Assembly (NCBI GenBank): GCA_016842005.1
Contig: JAENYD010000009.1
Span: forward strand, 20,315-84,314
Source of the DNA: Clostridium thermobutyricum
GTDB lineage: Bacteria > Bacillota > Clostridia > Ch29
DNA: 64,000 bases
Direction of reading: 5' to 3'
Shown here: piece after piece, positions 22,805 through 34,562 of the stretch
Layout: each line of letters starts with the position of its first letter
Numbering within the stretch: position 1 is the first letter of the stretch
The notes under the pieces: model-generated
What the model was told of the DNA's origin: nothing
Database searches by the model: none
What the model saw: only the letters and a program-made list of their open reading frames with translations
Translations under genes and position numbers: made by a program

Positions 22805-24742
22805 CTATAATTCCTCCTCGTACTGTAATTTAGTATATTTTGTCTTTAATCTAAAAGGACTGAACGTCCTGCCGCCGCCGTCGTAAAACTTGCTGAAAAA
22901 CTCCACATACTGCAGACGGCTGGAATGAACGTAAGCGCCAAGCGCGTTTATGGCTATGTTGAATATATGTCCGACTATCAGTACCACCACCATCAGCAGG
23001 TAACCGATAATATTGAATCCCAGCATCTTGGCCATGGTATTCACAACTATGCCGATAACTCCGGTAGCAAGCCCCAGAGCCAGTATCCTTGAATAGGAGA
23101 GCACATCGCTCAGATACCCTGTAACCCCGTACAGGCTTAAAATACCGGAGGACACCTTCCCTAAAATGTTTTTCTTCGTACGGCCCTGTGTCAGGACAAG
23201 TCCCGCTGCTCCTGCCAGAGACAGTATCTTGGCGGGTCCGGCAGCTGCAGGGAAGGCGAACATTATAAGCCCTGTAAGCAGCAGATACCAGAAGCCCTGG
23301 TCAAAAACCGCATCCATGATTTTACCTGCTTTGATATTCCTGTATGCCATGGCCCCAAGACCTACGTAAATCTGTATTATACCCAGCACGAAACTGAACA
23401 TCAGCAGGATCATGGGGTCCTTCAGGGGATTAATCCATAGGGCGGGGATTTTTATAAGGTCCCCGAACCAGCCTCCGAACATGGCACCCCAGAACAGTGT
23501 TGATATACCGCCTAAAGCCACCAGACCGAAAAGTTTTTTCATGGTCCCCTCGGGCTTCATGGTTTTCAATGCCCAGAAGCCAATCAGTGCCAGGACTATA
23601 CCGTATCCGGCGTCACTAATCATCATACCGAAAAATATGAAGAAAAAGGGCGCCACAAGTATATTGGGATCAATGTCCTTCTTTCCGGGAGGACTGTACA
23701 GGTCGGTTATCATCTCGTAGGGCCGGACAATTTTCGGGTTGTCCACAACTACAGGCACATCGTCGTCTTCCCCGGGGTCGCTGAAGGCTATACAAGCCTC
23801 GGGTATGTCCCGCAGTATGGCCATTTTGACCTTTTCCATACCGGTCTCGGGTATCCACCCTTCCATATAGAAGGTCCTGGCTGTTTCACCGGTAGCTGCA
23901 ACCACCGACTTTCTCTCTGCAAGGGCATTGTAATAGTCGTATAAAAACTCCATTTTCTGCCGGATGCCTGATAGTGAAACCGCCTTATCGGCTATCTCCT
24001 GCCTTATACGGTCAAACCCCGCTATCTGTTCTTTAGCCCGGGCTATCACCTCGGCGGCAGTCCCCTCTTCCCGGGGCAGGTCCTCCTTGCTCCATGAACT
24101 CTCCTTTAATATGTCTGAAATCTTTTCTTCCAGGGATTTATGATACACCAGCAGGACATGAGCGGATTCACTGTCGGTGCTGACAATCTCCAGATGGCTT
24201 TCAGGAGCGGTTTCCTCCAGTCTGTCCTTAACGCCTTCAACCCCGTCCGCCGACAGGGTTCCCGTATAAATCCTTACCGTATCTGTCGCCTTTATTTCCT
24301 CAATAGGAATGTCCAGACCTTCCCAGGGTTTCAAAACCTCTATAATGTTATTTAACTTCATTTCCTCGCTTTTTATGCTGTTAAGCCTGGCTTCCAGTTC
24401 CCTGCATTCCTTTATGACATCCCGGACTTCCCGGGACTGCGAAAGGCGTTCTATATTCTCCTCCCGGTACAGAGGTTTCTCTCCGAACAGGGACCTTTTG
24501 GGCTTTGAATACCGGCCCATGAATTCAAGGGCAAACTGCACATCCGCCAGCTTATTCTGCAGGTCGGTTACTTCTTTGTTATGGTCTCCGGGAGCAAAAA
24601 CCTTCTCCCATTCTTCCTTTGAAACCCTGTCCTTTATATTGATGATTTCCACCTTTCCCAGCTTTTGCAACAGCTTAACGATGTCATTCCTGTCTTTCTG
24701 GAGAGCAATAACCGACATTTTCTTTACATTAACTATTGCCAT
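22805..24742 (-). CDS. ntpI: V/A-type ATPase subunit I (a)
   Basis: FFGMMISDAGYG, SDVLSYSRILALGLA, VHSSRLQYVEFFSKFY. Confidence 0.96.
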   Translation of the reverse strand: MAIVNVKKMSVIALQKDRNDIVKLLQKLGKVEIINIKDRVSKEEWEKVFAPGDHNKEVTDLQNKLADVQFALEFMGRYSKPKRSLFGEKPLYREENIERLSQSREVRDVIKECRELEARLNSIKSEEMKLNNIIEVLKPWEGLDIPIEEIKATDTVRIYTGTLSADGVEGVKDRLEETAPESHLEIVSTDSESAHVLLVYHKSLEEKISDILKESSWSKEDLPREEGTAAEVIARAKEQIAGFDRIRQEIADKAVSLSGIRQKMEFLYDYYNALAERKSVVAATGETARTFYMEGWIPETGMEKVKMAILRDIPEACIAFSDPGEDDDVPVVVDNPKIVRPYEMITDLYSPPGKKDIDPNILVAPFFFIFFGMMISDAGYGIVLALIGFWALKTMKPEGTMKKLFGLVALGGISTLFWGAMFGGWFGDLIKIPALWINPLKDPMILLMFSFVLGIIQIYVGLGAMAYRNIKAGKIMDAVFDQGFWYLLLTGLIMFAFPAAAGPAKILSLAGAAGLVLTQGRTKKNILGKVSSGILSLYGVTGYLSDVLSYSRILALGLATGVIGIVVNTMAKMLGFNIIGYLLMVVVLIVGHIFNIAINALGAYVHSSRLQYVEFFSKFYDGGGRTFSPFRLKTKYTKLQYEEEL

Positions 24743-25055
24743 CTCTGGTCACTATCCTCTCCATAATATATTCTACGGCCTTATCCATTTTTTCAATGGC
24801 AGCCTGCTCCATAGACGTCCATTTTGTACGGTATTCTTCCCTGAGTTTATCTACCTCCTTTTCACATGACTTTGTGGCCTTCTCCACCATATCAGCATTT
24901 GCTTCTTCGCCGTCAGTGCGGGCTTTCTGGATAATGGCATCGGCCCTGGCTTTACCGTCCTTTACCAGCTGAGCAGCTTTTTTCCTGGCCTCGGACAGTA
25001 TTTCTTCAGCCTCTTTTTCAGCTTCTTTTATGTTTTTTATTTCTTCAAATGCCAA
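24729..25055 (-). CDS. V/A-type ATPase subunit H/G (peripheral stalk)
   Basis: 108-aa coiled coil IKEAEKEAEEI..KAVEYIMERIV; first gene of the operon; TTG start with RBS GAGGTGG. Confidence 0.88.
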   Translation of the reverse strand: MAFEEIKNIKEAEKEAEEILSEARKKAAQLVKDGKARADAIIQKARTDGEEANADMVEKATKSCEKEVDKLREEYRTKWTSMEQAAIEKMDKAVEYIMERIVTRDGNS

Positions 25056-25124
25056 CTAGTAATCACCACCTCATCTGAAAAATATATTTATATCTATGGA
25101 ATCTATGGAGCTGTTTATTGTCCC

Positions 25125-25259
25125 ATAAACGGGATTCCTGGCCTCGGGTGGGGTTTTAACCCCATCTGAAGCTTAAAATCCGTTATCCAGAGGCGTAGCG
25201 TCGCTTATCTCCCTTCCTAAGAGAACGGGAATATTGGGGTCGCTAACCACCGGGATAAA
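25125..25259. repeat. Dispersed ~135-nt structured repeat, copy 2 (upstream of the V/A-ATPase operon)
   Basis: ATAAACGGGATTC..GGTGGGGTTTTAACCCCATCTGAAGC..GTTATCCAGAGGCGTAGCG..CTTATCTCCC..GGGATAAA. Confidence 0.82.
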
Positions 25260-25442
25260 CATAAATGGGAACATTATTACCTCTAAAACTGATAGCATCT
25301 CGGGGGGATGCATATCGTGGAGCAAAAAGTACAAATTAATAATTATACCAACAATTCTATTATACTATAATAATTATAAAATTAACAAAGTCTGTGAGTC
25401 AAAATATACTCTGACACCGATTAATACAGCCAATTAAAGATA

Positions 25443-25469
25443 GTTCGACATAAAACCCTGAATTCCTGT
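25443..25469 (-). promoter_or_regulatory. SigH-like promoter upstream of the V/A-ATPase operon
   Basis: On - strand ACAGGAATT-11 nt-GTCGAAC. Confidence 0.45.
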
Positions 25470-25715
25470 GAATGTTTAAAATTTTTTTGCAACTTATAAA
25501 ATTAATTGGAAGCTTACATTTTTTTAAGAAACCCCCGGTAATGTAAAACTCCCTTCAGGCGGGCCTCCAAATACAAAAAAAAGGGTAAGAAGAACCCTCT
25601 CTATGGATAGCTGTATTGTATATATTAAACCAGAAAGAGCTCTTCTTTTCATTGCATAATTATTACCATATCAATTACTGTATCCGGATATATATATGCC
25701 AGTGTATTTTGAATA

Positions 25716-26381
25716 CTAAACCTCCATTGTCTTAAGCGGCTCGGCTATAATGAGGTCCGCCTGTGTTGCCTCCATCACTTCTTCCACCGTAGTCTCGGGG
25801 GCTATCTCCTTTAATACCAGTCCCCTGTCGGTAACCTCCATTACCCCCATGTCGGTCACGATCAGGTTGACCTGTTCCCTGGCAGTAAGGGGCAGCGTGC
25901 ACTCTTTCAGTATCTTGGCCTTGCCTTTGGCGGTGTGCTCCATGGCTATTATTACTTTCCTGGCGCCCACGGTCAGGTCCATGGCGCCTCCCATACCGGG
26001 CACCATCTTGCCGGGCACCATCCAGTTGGCCAGGTTGCCTTTCTCATCCACCTGCAGAGCGCCAAGCACGGTTATGTCCACATGGCCTCCCCTTATTATG
26101 GCAAATGAGGTGCAGCTGTCGAAGAAAGCAGCCCCCGGCACTACAGTTACCGGCTGGCCCCCTGCATTGGTCAGGTCGGGGTCTTCTTTCCCTGTCTCCG
26201 GGACAGGTCCCATACCGGCTATACCGTTCTCCGACTGGAATATGACATCTATTCCTTCGGGTATATAATTGGCTACCATGGTGGGCATGCCTATACCCAG
26301 GTTCACCACGTCTCCGTTCTTCAGTTCTTTTGCCACTCTCTTCGCTATAATCTCACGCCTTGTATTTTTGTCCTGTATCAT
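25716..26381 (-). CDS. atoA: 3-oxoacid (acetoacetate) CoA-transferase subunit B
   Basis: [14 protein letters not shown] (catalytic Glu), [23 protein letters not shown]. Confidence 0.93.
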   Translation of the reverse strand: MIQDKNTRREIIAKRVAKELKNGDVVNLGIGMPTMVANYIPEGIDVIFQSENGIAGMGPVPETGKEDPDLTNAGGQPVTVVPGAAFFDSCTSFAIIRGGHVDITVLGALQVDEKGNLANWMVPGKMVPGMGGAMDLTVGARKVIIAMEHTAKGKAKILKECTLPLTAREQVNLIVTDMGVMEVTDRGLVLKEIAPETTVEEVMEATQADLIIAEPLKTMEV

Positions 26382-27037
26382 TACTTACACCCCCCTGTAA
26401 CTATCATGTCCACCAGAAGCCCCGGCGTTGCAACACTTTCCGGGTCTATATCCCCGGTTTCCACAATTTCATCCGCCTCCACAATAACCACATCGGCAGC
26501 CATAGCCATTATGGGATTGAAGTTGCGGGCAGTTTTGCTGTAGCATACATTACCCTTTTTATCCACCCTGTGGCCCTTTATAAGGGCTATATCCGCCTTC
26601 AGCGGCAGTTCCAGCAGGTATTCCCCGTCTTCTGTCTCTATCTTCTTTTTGCCTTCTTCCACTACCGTACCGAGACCTGTGGGTGTAAGAAATCCTCCCA
26701 GCCCTGCCCCTGCACACCTTATTCTTTCTGCCAGGGTTCCCTGGGGCACCAGCTCCACTTCCAGTTCACCCTCGTTCATCTGCCTGCCTGTCTCAGGGTT
26801 GGTACCTATGTGTGATACTATAACCTTCTTTGCCTGTTTGTTTACCACCAGCCTGCCTATACCCCTGTCAGGAAAGGCAGTGTCATTGCCCACTATTACA
26901 AGGTCCTTCACTCCCCTGTCAACCAGCCCGTCCACCAGCTTTTCCGGGGTACCTACCCCTAAAAAGCCGCCTATCATTACCGTCATACCGGGCTTTATGA
27001 GGTCAATGGCCTGGTCTATGGACTTAATCTTATTCAT
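26381..27037 (-). CDS. atoD: 3-oxoacid (acetoacetate) CoA-transferase subunit A
   Basis: [43 protein letters not shown]. Confidence 0.93.
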   Translation of the reverse strand: MNKIKSIDQAIDLIKPGMTVMIGGFLGVGTPEKLVDGLVDRGVKDLVIVGNDTAFPDRGIGRLVVNKQAKKVIVSHIGTNPETGRQMNEGELEVELVPQGTLAERIRCAGAGLGGFLTPTGLGTVVEEGKKKIETEDGEYLLELPLKADIALIKGHRVDKKGNVCYSKTARNFNPIMAMAADVVIVEADEIVETGDIDPESVATPGLLVDMIVTGGCK

Positions 27038-27107
27038 AGGGCACTCCTCCTTATTTGTTATTAAATTTTAAATATATTTCCCCCAAGGTCTCTGTCAGAT
27101 AAATATA

Positions 27108-27123
27108 AGCAAAGGCTGTGCCA
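27108..27123 (-). promoter_or_regulatory. Sigma54 -24/-12 promoter of atoDA
   Basis: On - strand TGGCACAGCCTTTGCT (GG-N10-GC). Confidence 0.85.
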
Positions 27124-27211
27124 ACTATTTCTGACTGCAGGCAATTCAGTCTTCCCGGTTCCAGTACAACCGGGAGCAATAACGGGTGAAAGGCTTTAAA
27201 AGATTTGGTAA

Positions 27212-27227
27212 GATGCAATTTTGCATC
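27212..27227. promoter_or_regulatory. Palindromic candidate enhancer (bEBP upstream activator site)
   Basis: GATGCAA-TT-TTGCATC, ~90 bp upstream of the atoDA sigma54 promoter; the same core recurs at 28861-28896. Confidence 0.55.
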
Positions 27228-27591
27228 ATTCCGGAGTATGTCTGCATCTCCCCTCTCCCCGGAAATACTCCCTTTATCTCTTTTAGCCTTCTATAAAGTT
27301 TATATTTATGTATGGTCAATAAATAGTTCTGGTCTTACCGCGTCCCTCGCTCCTGCTTACCGGGCTATTTGCCTTCGTAAAATGCTGAAATTTAAAGGGC
27401 AGGATGTATTCCTCTATGGTATCGAAAATCTCTTATCGCATTTTGCTTCAACTAAATATACGCCCTCCTTAAAGCAAAGTCGATTCGGGAGGGGTAAGAA
27501 TTTTATTAAGAAAGATTATATATATCTCCGCAACCAGGCATACTCCGGTCAAAGGTCCGGATCGTACAACGCAAAACTACAGTGTTAGAAA

Positions 27592-27607
27592 TGGCAGGCT
27601 TTTTGCA
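27592..27607 (+). promoter_or_regulatory. Sigma54 -24/-12 promoter of the thiolase gene
   Basis: TGGCAGGCTTTTTGCA (GG-N10-GC). Confidence 0.8.
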
Positions 27608-27658
27608 TTAAAGATAACATGAGAAATATACCAAATAAATGTTGAGGAGGTTTTCAAT

Positions 27659-28837
27659 ATGCGGGAAGTTGTTATAGCCGGGGCAGCCAGGACTCCGATA
27701 GGCACCTTTGGCGGCAGCCTTGCCTCCGTATCGGCCATAGATCTGGGAGTGACTGCGGCAAAGGCGGCCATGGATCGGGCAGGCATTAAACCCGAAATGA
27801 TTGAAGAGATAATCATGGGCAATGTGCTTCAGGCAGGCCTGGGACAGAACGTTGCCAGGCAGATTGCCGTTCACGCGGGCATTCCCAAGGAAGTTCCGTC
27901 ATTCACCATTAACAAGGTCTGCGGCTCGGGCCTCAGGGCGGTCAGCCTGGCAGCACAAATCATCCTGCTGGGAGATGCAGATGTGATACTGGCAGGAGGT
28001 ACCGAAAACATGAGCGCCTCTCCCTATCTTGTGCCCAAAGCGCGGTGGGGAGCCAGGATGGGCGATGTCCAGATGGTTGACTATATGGTTCACGACGGGC
28101 TGACCGATATTTTCAATAACTATCATATGGGCATTACCGCCGAGAATATTGTAGAGCAGTGGGGACTTACCAGGGAGGAAATGGATAAGTTTGCACTGAC
28201 CAGCCAGCAAAGGGCAGAGGCTGCGATAAAAGCCGGCAGGTTTAAGGATGAAATTGTTCCGGTAGAAGTTCCGCAGAGAAAAGGGGACCCCATAGTTGTG
28301 GATACTGACGAGCACCCGAAATTTGGCTCTGCCCTGGAAAAGATGCAGAAACTCAGACCTGCATTCAAGAAAGATGGTACGGTAACCGCAGCAAACTCAT
28401 CCGGTATCAATGACGGTTCGGCCGCCCTGGTTGTAATGTCCGGGGAAAAAGCGAAGCAACTGGGTATAAAGCCCCTGTGCACAATCAAGTCCTACGGTTC
28501 GGCGGGAGTGGACCCCTCCATCATGGGTTACGGCCCGGTACCCGCCACCAGGAAGGCATTGGAAAGAGCAGGCCTCACCATCGAGGATATTGACCTGGTT
28601 GAAGCCAACGAAGCCTTTGCCGCACAGTCTCTGGCCGTTATCCGGGACCTGGGGCTGGATACCGAAAAGACCAATGTCAACGGCGGCGCCATCGCCCTGG
28701 GACATCCCATCGGCTGTTCAGGCGCCAGAATCCTTGTTACCCTGATCTACGAAATGATGAAACGGAACGCCAGGTACGGCCTGGCCACCCTCTGTATCGG
28801 CGGAGGCCAGGGAACATCCGTTATAGTCGAAATGTAG
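27659..28837 (+). CDS. thlA: Acetyl-CoA C-acetyltransferase (thiolase)
   Basis: [34 protein letters not shown]. Confidence 0.96.
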   Translation: MREVVIAGAARTPIGTFGGSLASVSAIDLGVTAAKAAMDRAGIKPEMIEEIIMGNVLQAGLGQNVARQIAVHAGIPKEVPSFTINKVCGSGLRAVSLAAQIILLGDADVILAGGTENMSASPYLVPKARWGARMGDVQMVDYMVHDGLTDIFNNYHMGITAENIVEQWGLTREEMDKFALTSQQRAEAAIKAGRFKDEIVPVEVPQRKGDPIVVDTDEHPKFGSALEKMQKLRPAFKKDGTVTAANSSGINDGSAALVVMSGEKAKQLGIKPLCTIKSYGSAGVDPSIMGYGPVPATRKALERAGLTIEDIDLVEANEAFAAQSLAVIRDLGLDTEKTNVNGGAIALGHPIGCSGARILVTLIYEMMKRNARYGLATLCIGGGQGTSVIVEM

Positions 28838-28852
28838 CGAAAAGGCACAACA

Positions 28853-28904
28853 ACAATACCGATGCAATATTGCATAATATCAGGCAATATTGCATCGGTA
28901 TTGT
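28853..28904. promoter_or_regulatory. 21-bp inverted repeat built from GATGCAATATTGC cores (candidate dual enhancer and/or thlA 3' hairpin)
   Basis: ACAATACCGATGCAATATTGC-10 nt-GCAATATTGCATCGGTATTGT. Confidence 0.65.
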
Positions 28905-29104
28905 GCAATATCCCCTTCCAGAGTCAACCCTGTAACAACCTGTATTCTTAAGCCTTTCTTCATGATGGGCCGGGCCATGTAAGGCTGCGCTCCAGAAAAG
29001 CCTCTGCCTGCTGCAAAAGGATTCGTGGCACGGCAATCCGCAATTGTCTGTAATATGCTGCAAACCATGAATATATTCATAATATTCATATCCCCGGCAT
29101 CTGA

Positions 29105-29120
29105 TGGCACAATTTTTGCA
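29105..29120 (+). promoter_or_regulatory. Sigma54 -24/-12 promoter of atoE
   Basis: TGGCACAATTTTTGCA (GG-N10-GC). Confidence 0.85.
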
Positions 29121-29156
29121 GATATAAGTTGCTATCAAATGAGAGGAGGATTTGCT

Positions 29157-30497
29157 ATGTTTAAAAAGGTTTCCAACTTTTTTGTTGCCCTTGTTCAGAA
29201 GTATTTGCCCGACCCGTTTTTATTTGCGGTATTACTTACCTTCATAGTGTTCATAATGGGTATTACTATCACGGGGCAAACGCCAATGGCAATGGTAGTT
29301 CACTGGGGTAATGGATTCTGGAATTTGCTTGCTTTTTCCATGCAGATGGTACTCATCCTTGTAACAGGCTACACCCTGGCAAACGCACCTGTTATCAAGC
29401 GGGGACTGACTTCTCTGGCCTCAACGGCCGCCAGCCCGGCCAAGGCAATAATGCTGGTATCTTTTGTGGCAGCAGTAGCCAGCTGGATTAACTGGGGTTT
29501 CGGCCTGGTAGTCGGTGCACTGCTGGCAAGAGAAGTGGCCAAAACCGTTAAGAAGGTGGACTACAGGCTTCTTATCGCCAGCGCCTATTCCGGTTTCGTG
29601 GTATGGCACGGAGGCCTCTCCGGTTCAATTCCGCTGAATATTGCCGGTGAAAACCACCTGGCCGCCGAAATCACCGGAGGTGCGGTACCCACAAGCCTTA
29701 CCATCTTTGCTCCCTTCAATCTGGTTATCTCAATAGCCATTATCCTGCTGCTTCCCGTCATCAACAGGGCCATGATGCCCAATGAGCAGGATGTGGTGGA
29801 AGTGGACCCGGCGCTGCTGGAAGAAACAGAATCAGAAACAGCTGCAGAGGTCCAGAAAGTATACTTTGCGGACAAGGTGGAAAACAGCGTAATAATTTCC
29901 ATGCTTACAGGGGTCATGGGTCTTGCATTCGTGGTATACTATTTCGCAAAATCCGGATTTCAGCTGAACCTGAACATTGTTAACTTCACCTTCCTGTTTG
30001 TAGGTATCCTGCTCCACGGCACTCCCAGACGTTTCCTGAATGCCGTGGCAAATGCGGTTAAGGGCAGTGCGGGCATAATCATCCAGTTCCCGTTCTATGC
30101 CGGTATAATGGGAATGATGGTTGGCCCCAACCCGGAAAACCTTTCCCTTGCACAGGTAATATCCAACTGGTTCGTATCAATTTCCAACCAGACCACCTTC
30201 CCCCTGTTCACCTTCCTGAGCGCCGGGATAGTCAACTTCTTCGTGCCTTCCGGAGGAGGACAGTGGGCTGTTCAGGGTCCCATAATGATGCCTGCCGGAG
30301 CGGAGCTGGGAGTTAGCGCTGCCAAGACCGCCATGTCCATCGCCTGGGGAGACGCATGGACCAACATGGTGCAGCCCTTCTGGGCGCTGCCTGCACTGGG
30401 TATAGCAGGTCTGGGCGCCAGGGATATAATGGGCTACTGTATAGTAGTCATGCTGGTCACCGGCGTTATTACAGGACTGGGACTTATGTTCCTGTAG
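29157..30497 (+). CDS. atoE: Short-chain fatty acid transporter
   Basis: Start reassigned to ATG 29157 (RBS GAGGAGG). LPDPFLFA, WNLLAFSMQM, QFPFYAGIMG, VPSGGGQW, QPFWALP. Confidence 0.92.
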   Translation: MFKKVSNFFVALVQKYLPDPFLFAVLLTFIVFIMGITITGQTPMAMVVHWGNGFWNLLAFSMQMVLILVTGYTLANAPVIKRGLTSLASTAASPAKAIMLVSFVAAVASWINWGFGLVVGALLAREVAKTVKKVDYRLLIASAYSGFVVWHGGLSGSIPLNIAGENHLAAEITGGAVPTSLTIFAPFNLVISIAIILLLPVINRAMMPNEQDVVEVDPALLEETESETAAEVQKVYFADKVENSVIISMLTGVMGLAFVVYYFAKSGFQLNLNIVNFTFLFVGILLHGTPRRFLNAVANAVKGSAGIIIQFPFYAGIMGMMVGPNPENLSLAQVISNWFVSISNQTTFPLFTFLSAGIVNFFVPSGGGQWAVQGPIMMPAGAELGVSAAKTAMSIAWGDAWTNMVQPFWALPALGIAGLGARDIMGYCIVVMLVTGVITGLGLMFL

Positions 30498-30532
30498 CAT
30501 CTGGCAGTAACAATAACTATACAAAAAAACTC

Positions 30533-30562
30533 CAAACCCGCTCTATGAGCGGGTTTGTTTTT
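30533..30562. terminator. Intrinsic terminator between convergent atoE and wecB
   Basis: CAAACCCGCTC-TAT-GAGCGGGTTTG followed by TTTTT. Confidence 0.8.
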
Positions 30563-30573
30563 ATCTCTTCATA

Positions 30574-31725
30574 TCATCGGGTGAATTCCTCTGGCGGGCA
30601 GCTGCTCAGGCCGGTAAAATACTTGACAGCATCCACTATACGGGCGGATGCCCTGCCGTCCCCGTAGGGATTTACCGCTTCAGCCATGCCCGCATACAGG
30701 TCTTTGTCGTCCAGCAGTCCCGAAACCAGCCTGACAATATCTTCCTTCCGAGTACCCGCCAGTTTTACGGTCCCGGCCTTCACCGCTTCCGGCCTCTCGG
30801 TAACCTCCCTGAGCACCAGTACCGGTTTCCCCAGGGAAGGGGCCTCTTCCTGTATGCCCCCCGAATCCGTCAGAACAATATGGCATTTATTCATAAGATT
30901 TGCAAAGGGGAGATAGTCAACAGGTTCAATGAGGTGAACCTTCTCCGTCCCTCCCAGGATGTCATAGGCCAATTCCCTGACCGCCGGGTTCATATGCACA
31001 GGAAAGACCACTTCCACGTCCCCATAAGCCCCGACAACATCCCTTACCGCCTCAAATATGTTGATCATGGGCCTGCCCAGGTTTTCCCTGCGGTGACAGG
31101 TCAGTAATATCACCCTGTTGCCTGTAAAATCTATATCCTTCAGGGGTGAGAAGCCAAAGGCATAATCTTCCCTCACCACCTGTAAAAGGGCGTCTATAAC
31201 CGTATTGCCTGTGACCACTATATTCTCTTCCTTTATGCCCTCCCGGAGGAGGTTGTCTCTGGCCCCTGCGGTGGGGGCAAAGTGTACATCCGCCAGCGCA
31301 CCGGCCAGTCTCCTGTTCATCTCTTCCGGATAGGGCGCATATTTGTTGCCGGTCCTCAGCCCGGCCTCCACGTGTCCTGTCTTTACCCGGTGATAAAATG
31401 CGGCAAGGCTGCCGGCAAAAGTAGTGGTTGTATCACCGTGCACCAGAAGCATGTCCGGCATTTCCCTCTCTATCACATCTTCCAGCCCTGTCAGCGCTTT
31501 TACGGTAATACCCGTAAGGCTTTGTTTCTCTGTCATTATATCCAGGTCATACCGGGGCGCTATGTCAAAAAGTCCCAGGACCTGGTCCAGCATTTCACGG
31601 TGCTGGGCCGTCACACATACCACTGATTCAATCCGGCTGTCCCCGCTCATCAGTCTGACCAGAGGAGCCATCTTGATGGCCTCGGGACGTGTGCCGAATA
31701 CGCTCATAACCTTTATCTTATGCAT
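30574..31725 (-). CDS. wecB: UDP-N-acetylglucosamine 2-epimerase (non-hydrolysing)
   Basis: FGTRPEAIKMAP, HGDTTT, HVEAGLR, PEEMNR, TDSGGIQEEAP, NPYGDG. Confidence 0.96.
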   Translation of the reverse strand: MHKIKVMSVFGTRPEAIKMAPLVRLMSGDSRIESVVCVTAQHREMLDQVLGLFDIAPRYDLDIMTEKQSLTGITVKALTGLEDVIEREMPDMLLVHGDTTTTFAGSLAAFYHRVKTGHVEAGLRTGNKYAPYPEEMNRRLAGALADVHFAPTAGARDNLLREGIKEENIVVTGNTVIDALLQVVREDYAFGFSPLKDIDFTGNRVILLTCHRRENLGRPMINIFEAVRDVVGAYGDVEVVFPVHMNPAVRELAYDILGGTEKVHLIEPVDYLPFANLMNKCHIVLTDSGGIQEEAPSLGKPVLVLREVTERPEAVKAGTVKLAGTRKEDIVRLVSGLLDDKDLYAGMAEAVNPYGDGRASARIVDAVKYFTGLSSCPPEEFTR

Positions 31726-31795
31726 AAAATAATCTCCTCCAGATTACCCGTCTGAATCTCCTTATATAAGAATAAACGCCGGGAATTCCCGGCCT

Positions 31796-32839
31796 TTACT
31801 GATTAAGTTTTCTGTTTCTGCCAGGCTCATCAAAGCCTATCTGGCTTACGGTCACCACCACCGATACAATCACAAACCCGAAAACCGCTGAAGATTTCAC
31901 CGGATTGTCCTGGGTAAGCACTATGGCCCCCAATCCCAAAAATGCGCTGACCAGGTACAGGGCAAACACCGCCTGTTTCTGGGACAGCCCCAGTTCCAGC
32001 AGCCTGTGATGGATATGGCCTTTATCCGCCTCCATGATAGGCCTGCCGTTAGCCGCCCTTCTGATAATGGCAAAGGCAGTATCAAATATGGGCAGCCCCA
32101 GGGCAAGGAGAGGCACAGCTATAGCAAGGGCGGTAGCGCCCTTTATGGCCCCCTCTATTGAAATGGCCGCCAGCACAAACCCCAGGAAAGTAGACCCGGT
32201 ATCTCCCATAAATATCTTGGCGGGATTGAAATTGTAAGGCAGGAATCCAAGAATAGCACCTGCCAGGGCCGCAGTAAGAAGAACAACCATACCATGACCG
32301 TTGATTATGGATACAACCAGCAGCGACATGGATGCAATGGATGCTATTCCGGCGGCCAGGCCGTCCAGTCCGTCTATCAGGTTAAGGGTATTGGTAACAC
32401 CCACTATCCAGAATATGGTAATAGGCACGCTAAATATACCCAGGTAGGACATCCCGTCTATTTTATCAAAAGGATTTGTAACCCATTCCACTTTTATCCC
32501 CGAACTCACCAGCAGTATGGCCGCTACGACCTGAACAGCCAGTTTCAGTTTTGCAGGCAAAGGCCTGACGTCGTCTATTACTCCCAGCGCAACAATAATG
32601 GTGGCGCTTCCCAGTATCCCCAGCAGTTTTGTACTGAAAGGAATCAATAGAAGGGTAATTATGGTAAAGGCAAAATAAATAGACAACCCTCCCAGTCTGG
32701 GAATGGGCCGGGTGTGTACCCGACGCTCATCCCTGGGTATATCTACCGCTCCCACCTTTACTGCCAGCCTTTTTATAAAAGGCGTCATAAAAAAAGAAAT
32801 TATAAGGGATGCTATGAAGGCAATCAAATATTTATCCAC
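31796..32839 (-). CDS. tagO: Undecaprenyl-phosphate GlcNAc-1-phosphate transferase (MraY/WecA/TagO family)
   Basis: RRVH..PIPRLGG, NLIDGLDGL, NFNPAKIFMGDTGS, HIHHRL. Confidence 0.88.
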   Translation of the reverse strand: MDKYLIAFIASLIISFFMTPFIKRLAVKVGAVDIPRDERRVHTRPIPRLGGLSIYFAFTIITLLLIPFSTKLLGILGSATIIVALGVIDDVRPLPAKLKLAVQVVAAILLVSSGIKVEWVTNPFDKIDGMSYLGIFSVPITIFWIVGVTNTLNLIDGLDGLAAGIASIASMSLLVVSIINGHGMVVLLTAALAGAILGFLPYNFNPAKIFMGDTGSTFLGFVLAAISIEGAIKGATALAIAVPLLALGLPIFDTAFAIIRRAANGRPIMEADKGHIHHRLLELGLSQKQAVFALYLVSAFLGLGAIVLTQDNPVKSSAVFGFVIVSVVVTVSQIGFDEPGRNRKLNQ

Positions 32840-32948
32840 AACAACAATGTGCCCCCTTCAATAGTGCTTGTCCTTAGCTCCATTTTAGAGCAATATACGA
32901 TAGGTGTCAACAGGAAGGAACAAATTGTAAAGAAAATTTAATTTTCCC

Positions 32949-34062
<1,114 letters not shown>

Positions 34063-34066
<4 letters not shown>

Positions 34067-34542
34067 ACTCCCTTCAGTTTCAGAACCAGTCTGTCAATGG
34101 CCTCTTCTAATTCCCGGGCACACACCTCATAATATTCCACAGGACCTCCAAAGGGATCGGATATATCCGCCGTCTCAACTTTTTCATTATCTTCATCTCC
34201 CTGTCCGTATACATACTCCTTGAGGGTGAACACCTTTTCCGCAGCCCGGGGAGCCATATTGACTATGGCCTGCCTGTGATCCCGGGTCATTGTCAGTATC
34301 AGGTCAGCCTCGTCAATCATCCCGGGGTCAAGGGTCCTGGCCCTGTGGGCCGAAAGGTCTATTCCCCTGTCCGCCATCACCCGCACCGCATGACCGGAAG
34401 CCTTATCCTCCCGGAATGCCGCCGTCCCGGCCGACCATACCTTTATGTCCAGACCGGTGTCCTTTAGCTTCTCCCTGAGCAGAGCCTCCGCCATACTGCT
34501 TCGGCAGGTATTCCCCGTACATACAAACAGCACACTCCTCAA
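34063..34542 (-). CDS. ywlE: Low-molecular-weight protein arginine/tyrosine phosphatase
   Basis: FVCTGNTCRS P-loop and DISDPFGG; conserved position between sua5 and rpiB. Confidence 0.88.
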
Positions 34543-34562
34543 TCTCCCACCTCCCGTTTGTT

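Noticed and set aside
25371-25388. Rex operator upstream of the V-ATPase (TTGTTAA half-site on the - strand)
   Set aside because: Only one half-site fits TTGTTAA-N4-TTAACAA, in very AT-rich DNA where chance matches are likely.
27205-27588. 127-aa ORF in the atoD-thlA intergenic region
   Set aside because: No RBS or motif, and it overlaps the sigma54 regulatory region; probably spurious.
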